Positions 17,352 through 25,980 of a stretch of 64,000 nucleotides of DNA are shown here, piece after piece (within the stretch, counting starts at the first letter, position 1; every line of letters starts with the position of its first letter). The translations under genes were made by a program, and so were the position numbers. The notes under the pieces are model-generated. The model had not been told where the DNA came from, did no database searches, and saw nothing but the letters and a program-made list of their open reading frames with translations. This DNA is from Gammaproteobacteria bacterium (GTDB lineage Bacteria > Pseudomonadota > Gammaproteobacteria > Eutrophobiales > Eutrophobiaceae): NCBI GenBank assembly GCA_965221335.1, contig CBDCSC010000001.1, positions 288,519 through 352,518 of the forward strand, in the 5' to 3' direction.

Positions 17352-18963
17352 CTCTGCGTAACAGAAAAGAAATCAAGCTCAATACGTCCAGGCAGTCGTC
17401 TTCATTGAAGTATCTTTTGGTCTCTGCTTTTACATGGTGAGATGTTGGATTTCTGAAAGATTCCGCAAGACCAACGGAGAGAGATCTCTGACCTCTTTGA
17501 ATGCTTTGTTTTGTTTCAGAGTTATTGAAAAAATCCGGGAGCTCCAAAATCGGATTATCGGCAGAAAAAACCTTGTTAAACAAGCTCGTCATATCGCTTT
17601 CTTGTCCTGATTTTTTTCTAACCAGATCACTGTATATCTTTGTGCCTTCTTGTGCAGCTTCTAAATATTGAGCGTTTTTATAGTATTCAATTAGTGGATT
17701 TTTTAATTTATTATCCAGATGTCTCCAGTGATAAAGAGGGTAGGGAGGTATGACCTCCTCCAGTTTAGTTAAAATAAGTGTTGATTTTTCAGAGTCGATT
17801 TCTTCAGAATTTGTAAATTCATCAATGAGAGAGACTACATTATCCCGCATACCTTCAGGGAGAGAATCCTGCCAAGATTGTATATCAATTTCAGTTCTCT
17901 GTTGGATATGTTCTTGTTTTTTCTCTTTGCGTTTTTTGCGCCAGTCTGACTGCACAAATTTGATACATTCCTCAAGATATCTATGAAGTTTACCGGTTTG
18001 TTCATGTCCCCAGTTTAGGCTTTGTCTATTAGTGGAAATCACATCTTCTGAAAAATCTTCAATGAAATCAACTTCGAGCCAACCCGTAAGATAAGAAAAG
18101 AAATGACTGGATGTGCTATCTGAAAATTGATACGGAGCTTGTACGAGTTTGCCCCTGGAAAATAATGATATTCCCCTTGAATTATATTTGGGTGGAATAG
18201 GTTTTTCTGACGTGATGATTTTTCCTTGGATATTGTGACGATATTCGTGATCAAGATCGATGTTTTTGAAATCCTCAGGGAATTTCCAGGAAAATTCCTC
18301 GCCAAATGCCGAAAAATGCATTTCATTCGAAAGCTTTATGGGTTTCTCATTATTGCGGCGAATTGAGACATTAAAATCTTCATCAAAAATAAAAAACTTC
18401 GCTATGTTATTAGCTAGAAGTTCGTCTGAGAAATCAGTTGATCGGGTTATGTTTTTCAGCGTTATTTTGGTTCCTTTCTGATCATCTTCAACAATTTCGT
18501 CCACAACATCAGGAATCATCTGGTACTGTCCTCCCGTTGAATTCATCAGATCATTCCAATCCATGGTAAATATATTCCTTTTTCCTTGGTTGACAGTATT
18601 GATGGTTATGGTCTGAACAATTCCAAAGAATGAAAGTTTTCCCAGACCTTTTTTACCAATTACTTTCCTTCCTCCTGGAGTTGTATGTTCCGTTTCTCTA
18701 CGGTTGCGGCCAATGACAAGAAATTTTTGATTGATATCGTCAAACGACATCCCTAACCCATTGTCTTTTATTACTATTTTTTTCTCTTCTATATCATAAA
18801 GTTCAATATCTACTTTTGTGGCATCAGCATCGTAAGCATTCGCAATAAGCTCTCCAAGGACTGGTGGAACTGTAGAATACATACGTACCCCCAGGTGCTC
18901 TATAACCTTTGGGTCAAATTTCATTAGCAATGGTTTATCGGGCATAAAATTTTCAGTTCGCAC
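17308..18963 (-). CDS. GHKL-superfamily ATPase (MORC/MutL-like; HATPase_c_3-type), R-M associated
   Basis: 551 aa. It has Bergerat-fold motifs: N-box ELIANAYDA, G1 IKDNGLGM, G2 GKKGLGKLSFFG. The long C-terminal region is of unknown function and contains an Rx4H segment (SFRNPTSHH) reminiscent of HEPN. It overlaps the MTase stop by 11 nt. Confidence 0.6.
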   Translation of the reverse strand: MRTENFMPDKPLLMKFDPKVIEHLGVRMYSTVPPVLGELIANAYDADATKVDIELYDIEEKKIVIKDNGLGMSFDDINQKFLVIGRNRRETEHTTPGGRKVIGKKGLGKLSFFGIVQTITINTVNQGKRNIFTMDWNDLMNSTGGQYQMIPDVVDEIVEDDQKGTKITLKNITRSTDFSDELLANNIAKFFIFDEDFNVSIRRNNEKPIKLSNEMHFSAFGEEFSWKFPEDFKNIDLDHEYRHNIQGKIITSEKPIPPKYNSRGISLFSRGKLVQAPYQFSDSTSSHFFSYLTGWLEVDFIEDFSEDVISTNRQSLNWGHEQTGKLHRYLEECIKFVQSDWRKKRKEKKQEHIQQRTEIDIQSWQDSLPEGMRDNVVSLIDEFTNSEEIDSEKSTLILTKLEEVIPPYPLYHWRHLDNKLKNPLIEYYKNAQYLEAAQEGTKIYSDLVRKKSGQESDMTSLFNKVFSADNPILELPDFFNNSETKQSIQRGQRSLSVGLAESFRNPTSHHVKAETKRYFNEDDCLDVLSLISFLLRRVDMCEKKAPHQNNG

Positions 18964-19993
18964 GAATGGCTTCTGCTATCCTGTAGGCAAGCTGTGGAGG
19001 TACTGCATTGCCAATTAGTTTGGCTACGATTGTTGGGTATTGATGCTTAAATTTATAATTTTCAAACGTTTGGAGAGCAGCGCCTTCTCTAAGAGACAGC
19101 CCTCTGTCTTCTTCGGGATGGGCAAACCTGCCATTAGAGATCCCATTAAATCTGGTTGTAATGGTTGAAGATGGCTTATCCCATCTCAGTCTTCCGTAAA
19201 CGTCACAAAATGATTCATCTTTATCTTTGTAAGCATCAATTTGAAGTTCCGGGTCATCTTTCCATGCTTTTCTTGTACCACCATTTTTGGGTGTAAGTAT
19301 TAGTCGTCTTAAATTTTTCTCAGATAAGGTTGCTACCGTATCCATAAAGTTATTTTCATCTCTGTGACCAGCCTGAAGAGTTGGGAATCCATTATGTGTT
19401 CCAATAAAATCTTTGAGAATCGATTCTCCTTCCGGATTTGGAAAGCTGATCAATTTTTGCACTCTGTTGGCAATTAAAATGAATCTCTTTCTACCCTGTG
19501 GTACTCCGTAATTCTTTGCGTTTATGATATTGCTGACAATTGCGTATTGATTATTTTTAAGTTTCTCACAAAACTTGTCAAGGCCGCTTTCTGAGGCCCG
19601 TCTTTTTATTCCAGGGACATTTTCAATAACCACATAGCCGGGTTTGTAGTAACTGACAAAGCGCCAAAAATCTTCGAGTAGCCCTTTGGTTCCTTTGGAT
19701 GAAGTTTTGTCAGAATTAAGATTGCTCCAGTATTGGCAGGGGCTGCAACCAATGAAGATTAAGGAATCATCATTGCGTTTAATTTCGCATTCATGTTCCA
19801 AAAAAGTCCGAGGCAGTTTCCGGATATCTTTCAGAAGAAACTTTGTGTCGGGATGATTCGCTTTGTATGTGTCTTTGCAATCCTTATCTTTATCTATGCC
19901 GACAAGAACCTTCATTCCAGACATTTTCATCCCTTGAGACATTCCGCCCGCGCCACAGAAAAAATCAACAACTTTTAAATCTTCATCTTTCAT
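18953..19993 (-). CDS. dcm: DNA (cytosine-5)-methyltransferase
   Basis: 346 aa with motif I FCGAGG, the PC motif (GCSPCQYWS) and ENV motif IV (VVIENVPGI). It overlaps the upstream GHKL gene by 4 nt. Confidence 0.85.
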   Translation of the reverse strand: MKDEDLKVVDFFCGAGGMSQGMKMSGMKVLVGIDKDKDCKDTYKANHPDTKFLLKDIRKLPRTFLEHECEIKRNDDSLIFIGCSPCQYWSNLNSDKTSSKGTKGLLEDFWRFVSYYKPGYVVIENVPGIKRRASESGLDKFCEKLKNNQYAIVSNIINAKNYGVPQGRKRFILIANRVQKLISFPNPEGESILKDFIGTHNGFPTLQAGHRDENNFMDTVATLSEKNLRRLILTPKNGGTRKAWKDDPELQIDAYKDKDESFCDVYGRLRWDKPSSTITTRFNGISNGRFAHPEEDRGLSLREGAALQTFENYKFKHQYPTIVAKLIGNAVPPQLAYRIAEAIRAN

Positions 19994-22338
19994 TTATCAC
20001 CACCGAGCTGATCAATGAGCGTCACTACATGAGTCGCAATTGCAGATGAGGCAATTCGCAAAACTTTATCTCCATCATATTCTTCCTGCTGGTTGAGAAT
20101 TTGCTCATTTTCAGTATCGTGGATAAGTTTTTTGTACATCGCCAAGGTAAGAATACCCACACCAAACCTAAAGCGATGTCTGATAATCTCTCGTTTATCC
20201 TCATCATTTTCACCAGACAGTAAAGACAATAGATACTTGTTGGCTTTGTTCACATATACAACTAATTCGTCTCCGCTGGCAACATGACCGCCTGATTCTT
20301 CATTATAATCATGCTCAGTCCAATCCTCTTTTTCCACCCATTCAATGTCAGGAAAATTTCGAGAAGGTTCGTTTTTCTTCTTTGTATCCGTTTCATCTCC
20401 GGGGGGATTTGTCTTTGTTTTCTCAGCACCTATAATTTTGACGATCACGTCAAAAACCAAAGGAGTAGTTCTGTTGGGATTTGAATCATTAAAGCCAAAC
20501 TGGACAAAGATTTCATCATCCTCTTTGGCTCCTGATGGAGGACTTATCTTTATGCGCAATTTTCCATTACGTAAAGAACCGGAATTTGGCAACGCCTCGG
20601 CTGGCGGGTGCAAAAATTCTCCTCGGTTATCTTCTCTCACCAAGTAGTCGTTTTGGGCGTCCGTTTTACACTCAATCCACCTGTAAGTATTGATGGGAAT
20701 AGTCTTGGTGTTGCCATCCTCAAGGTTGATAGGCGTCAAGTACGATGGAAATTGCTTCCCTTGATATTTTTCCTTTTTGCCGGGTATTTGTTTCGGGCTG
20801 TCAACAATACTTCCGATGTCAAAAAGCTCTTGGAGGTCGGGATTATTTTTAATGAGATTGGCAAGGAAATCTTTGCTGGTTTCATCCTTTATTTTTTCGC
20901 TAATACGACGACTTCTTATTTCTCTCGCATATGTTCTAAGCTCCCCATCATTTTTTAACGTATCTATAACAATCTCTCTCAATTCTCTTGTGAGTTGAAT
21001 TTGTGCCATTCTTTCCCTGTCAGGTTTAAATACAGCGGAGCGAGCAGTATTATCCATAGCATTGCAATCGATTTGGACAATCAAATGATTCCTCAAATCA
21101 TCCAGCCGTGCTTTTCGTAAAATACTCGCCCTTTCTTTTGCCTGAGTCTGTCCGTTAATTGTATAAAACATCCTGTAAGGATAATTTCGCAAGTAATCTT
21201 TCATTTTATCCAAGCCATAATAAGATATGCGAATTGTTCCCAGACTCGGGTTTTCGGAATTTTCTATTACCCCTTCAAATTCCATTTTACTTGTTTCACC
21301 AGCTTCGTTATCAGCTTTGATTACCGTCTTCATACCTGAAAATGTCCTTGCTGCAATGCCTTCTCCTCTTAGACCTCCTTTCGTGGGTTGGGCGTCAAAA
21401 TCATATAGACGAAGAGGTAATGCACAGTCAATAAGATTTGTTGTGAGTGCGTCATATAATCCAATATCAACTGCGCGGGCGCCCGGACCTATGTCATATT
21501 CATATAGCTTTACGATACTACCACCATGTTTGACAATACCAATGTCATCTCTGTTCAAAGCTCTGATTTCTTTGGACTCAAAGCAGGGAATGTCACCATT
21601 AGGACAAAAATATTCAACCACGGGCAAAACCTCTCTCAGGCGCGCCTCCCTTACTCTTATCAATGTCCATCCCCATAGACCATCGGAGGCAGTAGTCGTT
21701 TTTTTGGAAAGAATAAACTTGTACATGCCACTTCTGATTTCGGCGCGAGTACAGAAGGTAATGGAACCGGTACTGCCCATATTAAATCGGCCTTGAACAA
21801 ACCGGATGCCTTCCTTGTTTTTTTCCCCAAGAGACAGGAATGTTTTTTCAAAGTCCCCATGATTCTGACCCTCGCCAAAATCAACTATTGTGTAGCTTGG
21901 ACAAGTATTGTCTTTTCTTCCAGCACGTTTAATTCCAATTAAAACGCTTTTTTCTGCAAGTTTAGTTCTCTCCTCGCGGTCTAACAGAGTCAACCTGCCT
22001 TCTTGAACTTCAGGGAAGAAGCGTTTGACTGCTTCTGTCATGTTATTAGGAGTTGTTTCGCTTAGTATGTCTATTTCCTCTTCAAGTGCTTTTCGCATGA
22101 GGATTGCATCAATAGAATTTATTATCAGTTCCGCGAGCGCACCGACTGGCTCACTTGTTTGTACACCTACTCTATCCCAGTTCTTGTCGGCTCCTCCGTA
22201 AGGTCTCCAATTGTTGTCATCACAAAATTCAGGCCAAGTTGTCAAAATCTGCTTAACTTCCTTGGTTGAATGTGCACGAATAAATTTTTGTGATATTAAT
22301 TTGGCATTTTCATTATTCATATATTTCAATATTATCAT
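19990..22338 (-). CDS. large GHKL-superfamily ATPase (second paraMORC-like protein)
   Basis: 782 aa. N-box ELIINSIDA, G1 TIVDFGEGQ, G2 GRFNMGSTGS. The ~450-aa C-terminal extension is Lys/Glu/Asp-rich with no nuclease motif I can recognise. It is the first gene of the low-GC operon, with an AT-rich putative promoter region at 22340-22460. Confidence 0.55.
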   Translation of the reverse strand: MIILKYMNNENAKLISQKFIRAHSTKEVKQILTTWPEFCDDNNWRPYGGADKNWDRVGVQTSEPVGALAELIINSIDAILMRKALEEEIDILSETTPNNMTEAVKRFFPEVQEGRLTLLDREERTKLAEKSVLIGIKRAGRKDNTCPSYTIVDFGEGQNHGDFEKTFLSLGEKNKEGIRFVQGRFNMGSTGSITFCTRAEIRSGMYKFILSKKTTTASDGLWGWTLIRVREARLREVLPVVEYFCPNGDIPCFESKEIRALNRDDIGIVKHGGSIVKLYEYDIGPGARAVDIGLYDALTTNLIDCALPLRLYDFDAQPTKGGLRGEGIAARTFSGMKTVIKADNEAGETSKMEFEGVIENSENPSLGTIRISYYGLDKMKDYLRNYPYRMFYTINGQTQAKERASILRKARLDDLRNHLIVQIDCNAMDNTARSAVFKPDRERMAQIQLTRELREIVIDTLKNDGELRTYAREIRSRRISEKIKDETSKDFLANLIKNNPDLQELFDIGSIVDSPKQIPGKKEKYQGKQFPSYLTPINLEDGNTKTIPINTYRWIECKTDAQNDYLVREDNRGEFLHPPAEALPNSGSLRNGKLRIKISPPSGAKEDDEIFVQFGFNDSNPNRTTPLVFDVIVKIIGAEKTKTNPPGDETDTKKKNEPSRNFPDIEWVEKEDWTEHDYNEESGGHVASGDELVVYVNKANKYLLSLLSGENDEDKREIIRHRFRFGVGILTLAMYKKLIHDTENEQILNQQEEYDGDKVLRIASSAIATHVVTLIDQLGGDK

Positions 22339-22466
22339 AGTGTTGTATGTTTATTTTATGGCCATCACAAATTTCTCAGTGATTTCAAATACTGTTATTG
22401 CGCCCAATTGAATTTTCCTGCAAAGTAAAGGTCATAGTTGATATTTTGTCGAAAACAATATAAAAA

Positions 22467-23429
22467 ATGTCGAACAAATCCGAGATTCTCAGGCTCAAGT
22501 CCTTTATCTCACGTCATATCATAGGCCAGCAGAAGCTGGTGGACAGGCTGCTCTTGGCGCTGCTTGCAGACGGACACCTGCTGGTCGAGGGTGCGCCGGG
22601 GCTGGCCAAGACCCGCGCCATCAAGGTGCTGGGTGACGCTATTGAGGCCGATTTCCACCGGGTGCAGTTCACGCCCGACCTGCTGCCCGCCGACCTGACC
22701 GGCACCGAGATCTACCGGCCCCAGGACGGTTCATTCCAGTTCCAGCGCGGACCGCTGTTCCACAACCTTGTGCTGGCAGATGAAGTGAACCGGGCGCCGG
22801 CCAAGGTCCAATCCGCATTGCTGGAAGCCATGGCCGAGCGGCAGGTCACCGTAGGCAGAGAAACCTACCCGCTGCCGCAGTTGTACCTGGTGATGGCAAC
22901 CCAGAATCCCATTGAGCAGGAAGGCACGTATCCCCTGCCGGAGGCGCAGCTCGACCGGTTCCTGCTGCACGTGGAAATCACCTACCCGGAAGCGGCTGAA
23001 GAGCGCGCAATCCTGGAGCTCGCCCGGCAGGAGGCCCGGCAGGGTTACGAACCGGCGCAATCCTCGGCGGTATCACAGGACGCAATTTTTGCCGCCCGTG
23101 ACGAGGCCCTGAATACCTACATGGCGGAGAACCTGGAACAATACCTGGTCCAATTGGTGCTGGCCACACGCAGTCCGGATGCATACGGGGACGACCTGGC
23201 CCGCTGGCTGCAATATGGCGCCAGCCCGCGGGCAACCATTGCCCTGGACCGTTGCGCCCGCGTCCATGCGTGGCTTGATGATCGGGATTTTGTCGGGCCG
23301 GAGGATGTCCAGGCCGTGGCCGGAGATGTGTTACGCCACCGGCTTATCCTGAACTACGAGGCGGAAGCCGAAGGCATCACCACCGACCATGTGACCGGCG
23401 AGTTGATCAGCCGTATCGCAGTCCCCTGA
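22467..23429 (+). CDS. MoxR-family AAA+ ATPase
   Basis: 320 aa. Walker A GAPGLAKT, Walker B LLADEVNRAP and sensor regions typical of MoxR. It is the first gene of the Bat-like operon. Confidence 0.8.
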   Translation: MSNKSEILRLKSFISRHIIGQQKLVDRLLLALLADGHLLVEGAPGLAKTRAIKVLGDAIEADFHRVQFTPDLLPADLTGTEIYRPQDGSFQFQRGPLFHNLVLADEVNRAPAKVQSALLEAMAERQVTVGRETYPLPQLYLVMATQNPIEQEGTYPLPEAQLDRFLLHVEITYPEAAEERAILELARQEARQGYEPAQSSAVSQDAIFAARDEALNTYMAENLEQYLVQLVLATRSPDAYGDDLARWLQYGASPRATIALDRCARVHAWLDDRDFVGPEDVQAVAGDVLRHRLILNYEAEAEGITTDHVTGELISRIAVP

Positions 23430-23436
23430 CAGCATT

Positions 23437-24390
23437 ATGCAGGCTATCCCCCCTGCCTCCGTTGCAGACCCGGTGCGGGTATCCGTGCCGGACCTGGTGG
23501 GTCTGAGCCAGGCCGCCGCCTCTATCCGGATGGGGCGCGGCAGGATATTGTCCAGACAAAGCGGAGATTACCAGTCACCGTTCCGGGGCCGGGGCATGGA
23601 GTTCGACGAGTCCAGGTTATACCAACCCGGCGACGATATCCGTAATATTGACTGGCGGGTGACGGCCAGGACCGGCAAGACCCACACGAAACTCTTTCGC
23701 GAGGAGCGCGAGCGCCCGGTATTTGTCTGGATTGACTTGCGCAGGCCCATGCACTTCGCCACCCGCGGCAGGTATAAATCGGTCCTGGCCGCACAACTCG
23801 CAGCGCTGATTGCCTGGAGCGCGCTGAACAATGGGGATCGGGTCGGGGGAGTAATATTTTCCGAACAGGAACACCATGAACTGAAACCCCAGCGCGGCAG
23901 AACCGCGGTGCTGCGCTTGATCAACCGTATTGTCAATGATGTGGCCTGGTCGCCGCAAGCAACAGCAGGGGGCGACCGGCAGTCGCTGGAGCATGCCTTG
24001 CAGCGCCTGCAGCGGGTGGCGCGGCCGGGCAGCCTGATCTTCCTGATCAGCGATTTTCGCGAACTGGAATCCGACGCGGAGATTCCCCTGGCGAGACTGT
24101 GCCGGCACAACGAGGTTGGAATGCTGTTCGTGTACGACCGGCTAGAGCAGGAGTTGCCGCCGCCCGGCCGTTACCGGGTCAGCGATGCCGGTCGGGAGTT
24201 CATGCTGGATACCTCGGACAATCACCTGGCAAAACACCATATGGAACAGTTCCGCGAACGTATGCACAGGTTGCGCCAGCTTGCGGTCGCCAACAGGATG
24301 CTGCTGCTGCCCTGCAGGACTGACGCCGAACCACTGACCTTATTGATGAGTGGCCTGAAAGCGGGAAAACTCAAAACCCCCGCAGCGTGA
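23437..24390 (+). CDS. DUF58 protein (MoxR-associated, VWA-like)
   Basis: 317 aa with the conserved DUF58 segment QSPFRGRGMEFDESRLYQPGDDIRNIDWRVTAR. Confidence 0.7.
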   Translation: MQAIPPASVADPVRVSVPDLVGLSQAAASIRMGRGRILSRQSGDYQSPFRGRGMEFDESRLYQPGDDIRNIDWRVTARTGKTHTKLFREERERPVFVWIDLRRPMHFATRGRYKSVLAAQLAALIAWSALNNGDRVGGVIFSEQEHHELKPQRGRTAVLRLINRIVNDVAWSPQATAGGDRQSLEHALQRLQRVARPGSLIFLISDFRELESDAEIPLARLCRHNEVGMLFVYDRLEQELPPPGRYRVSDAGREFMLDTSDNHLAKHHMEQFRERMHRLRQLAVANRMLLLPCRTDAEPLTLLMSGLKAGKLKTPAA

Positions 24391-24394
24391 TCCG

Positions 24395-24928
24395 ATGCAG
24401 ACTCCCTTTCTTCCGACTGATCCATCGACCCTGCCGCTGAGGGAAATCCATCTGCCCGAGAGTGTCGGCTGGTGGCCGCCGGCGCCCGGATGGTGGCTCC
24501 TGCCGGTGCTGCTGTTACTGGGGCTGGCCGCAGCCTGGTACGGCCGTCACCTGTACCGGCAACACAAGTATTCCGCGATCAGCATGGCCAGAGAGCAACT
24601 GGCCGAAATCCGTTCCCGTTATGCCTTCGACCAGGATGCCGGACATTGTGTCCGGGCCGTTTCCGGCCTGTTGCGGCGCGTGAGCATCAGTGTCTTCCCC
24701 AGGGTACAGAGCGCCGGACTCACGGGCGCCGACTGGCTCGCATTTTTGCGTTCGGAACATGAAGAACGGAACAGACAGGTTGAGATACCGGATCATATCG
24801 GCAAGTTGTTGCTCGAAGCGCCATACCGCCGGCAGGTAGCTCATGAGGAGGTTGAAGACCTGATCGGCTTCTGCTCGGACTGGATCGAAGCCGTGCCCCG
24901 AAATTCTCGCCGGGTGCTGCGATGTTAG
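24395..24928 (+). CDS. DUF4381-like membrane protein
   Basis: 177 aa with a single TM helix (WWLLPVLLLLGLAAAWY). Typical position between DUF58 and BatA. Confidence 0.5.
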   Translation: MQTPFLPTDPSTLPLREIHLPESVGWWPPAPGWWLLPVLLLLGLAAAWYGRHLYRQHKYSAISMAREQLAEIRSRYAFDQDAGHCVRAVSGLLRRVSISVFPRVQSAGLTGADWLAFLRSEHEERNRQVEIPDHIGKLLLEAPYRRQVAHEEVEDLIGFCSDWIEAVPRNSRRVLRC

Positions 24929-25914
24929 GGTTTGAATGGCCCTGGCTGGCGCTGCTGTTGCCGTTGCCATATTTGGTTTACCGTTACGCGCGGCCCTGGA
25001 ATGCGGCAACGGGTTCTGCATTACGGGTGCCGTTTCTTGATGATTTTGTCGAACCCGAACCGGATACGGTAAAACAAGTCCGCACCTGGCCCCTGTGGCT
25101 GGCGCTGGCGGTATGGATCCTGCTGGTGCTGTCCGCGATGCGCCCGCAATGGCTGGGTGAACTGGTCGAGGTCCCAATCAGCGGCCGGGAACTGATGCTG
25201 GCAATCGACCTGTCCGGCAGTATGGAACAGCAGGATTTTGTCCTCGGCGGCAGGCGTATTGACCGGCTCACGGCCACCAAGCGGGTTGCCGGTGATTTCA
25301 TTGAGCGCCGGGTAGGCGACCGCATCGGCCTCATCCTGTTCGGGGAACAGGCCTACTTGCAGGCGCCGCTCACGTTTGACCGTAAAACAGTCAGCACGCT
25401 GTTGTCCGAAGCCGTGATCGGGCTTGCCGGCAAGGCGACCGCCATCGGCGATGCGATTGGGCTGGCGGTGAAGCGCCTGCGTGAGCGCGCCGCAAGCCAG
25501 CGGGTGCTGGTACTGTTGACGGACGGCGCCAACACCGCCGGCGTGGTGGACCCGCTATCCGCGGCGCAACTGGCTAGCCGCGAGGGCCTGAAAATTTATA
25601 CTGTCGGCATCGGCGCAACGGAACTGCTTGAACGCACACTGTTCGGGACCCGCAGGACCAATCCGTCGGCGGACCTTGATGAAGCGGCCCTGAAGGAGAT
25701 CGCAGAATTGACCGGCGGCGCTTATTTTCGCGCCCGCGACCTGGACGAGCTGGAACGCATCTATGCCCTCATAGATGAAATGGAACCCGTCGAACAGGAA
25801 CCCAAGCAGTACCGGCCGCGTAAAGCCCTGTACTATTGGCCCCTGGCCGCGGCGCTTGTGCTCGGCGCGATCCTGGGACTGGCCCGGGTTTCCCACAGGT
25901 CGGCTTGGAGATAA
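24922..25914 (+). CDS. batA: VWA-domain protein BatA
   Basis: 330 aa. N-terminal TM, VWA with MIDAS (DLSGSM) and a C-terminal TM. Confidence 0.7.
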   Translation: MLGFEWPWLALLLPLPYLVYRYARPWNAATGSALRVPFLDDFVEPEPDTVKQVRTWPLWLALAVWILLVLSAMRPQWLGELVEVPISGRELMLAIDLSGSMEQQDFVLGGRRIDRLTATKRVAGDFIERRVGDRIGLILFGEQAYLQAPLTFDRKTVSTLLSEAVIGLAGKATAIGDAIGLAVKRLRERAASQRVLVLLTDGANTAGVVDPLSAAQLASREGLKIYTVGIGATELLERTLFGTRRTNPSADLDEAALKEIAELTGGAYFRARDLDELERIYALIDEMEPVEQEPKQYRPRKALYYWPLAAALVLGAILGLARVSHRSAWR

Positions 25915-25980
25915 GCCGGATGGTGAGGCCTTCGGACACGCGAAACTGGTATGAAATCCGGGGCTTGAACCGGGTAGTCT

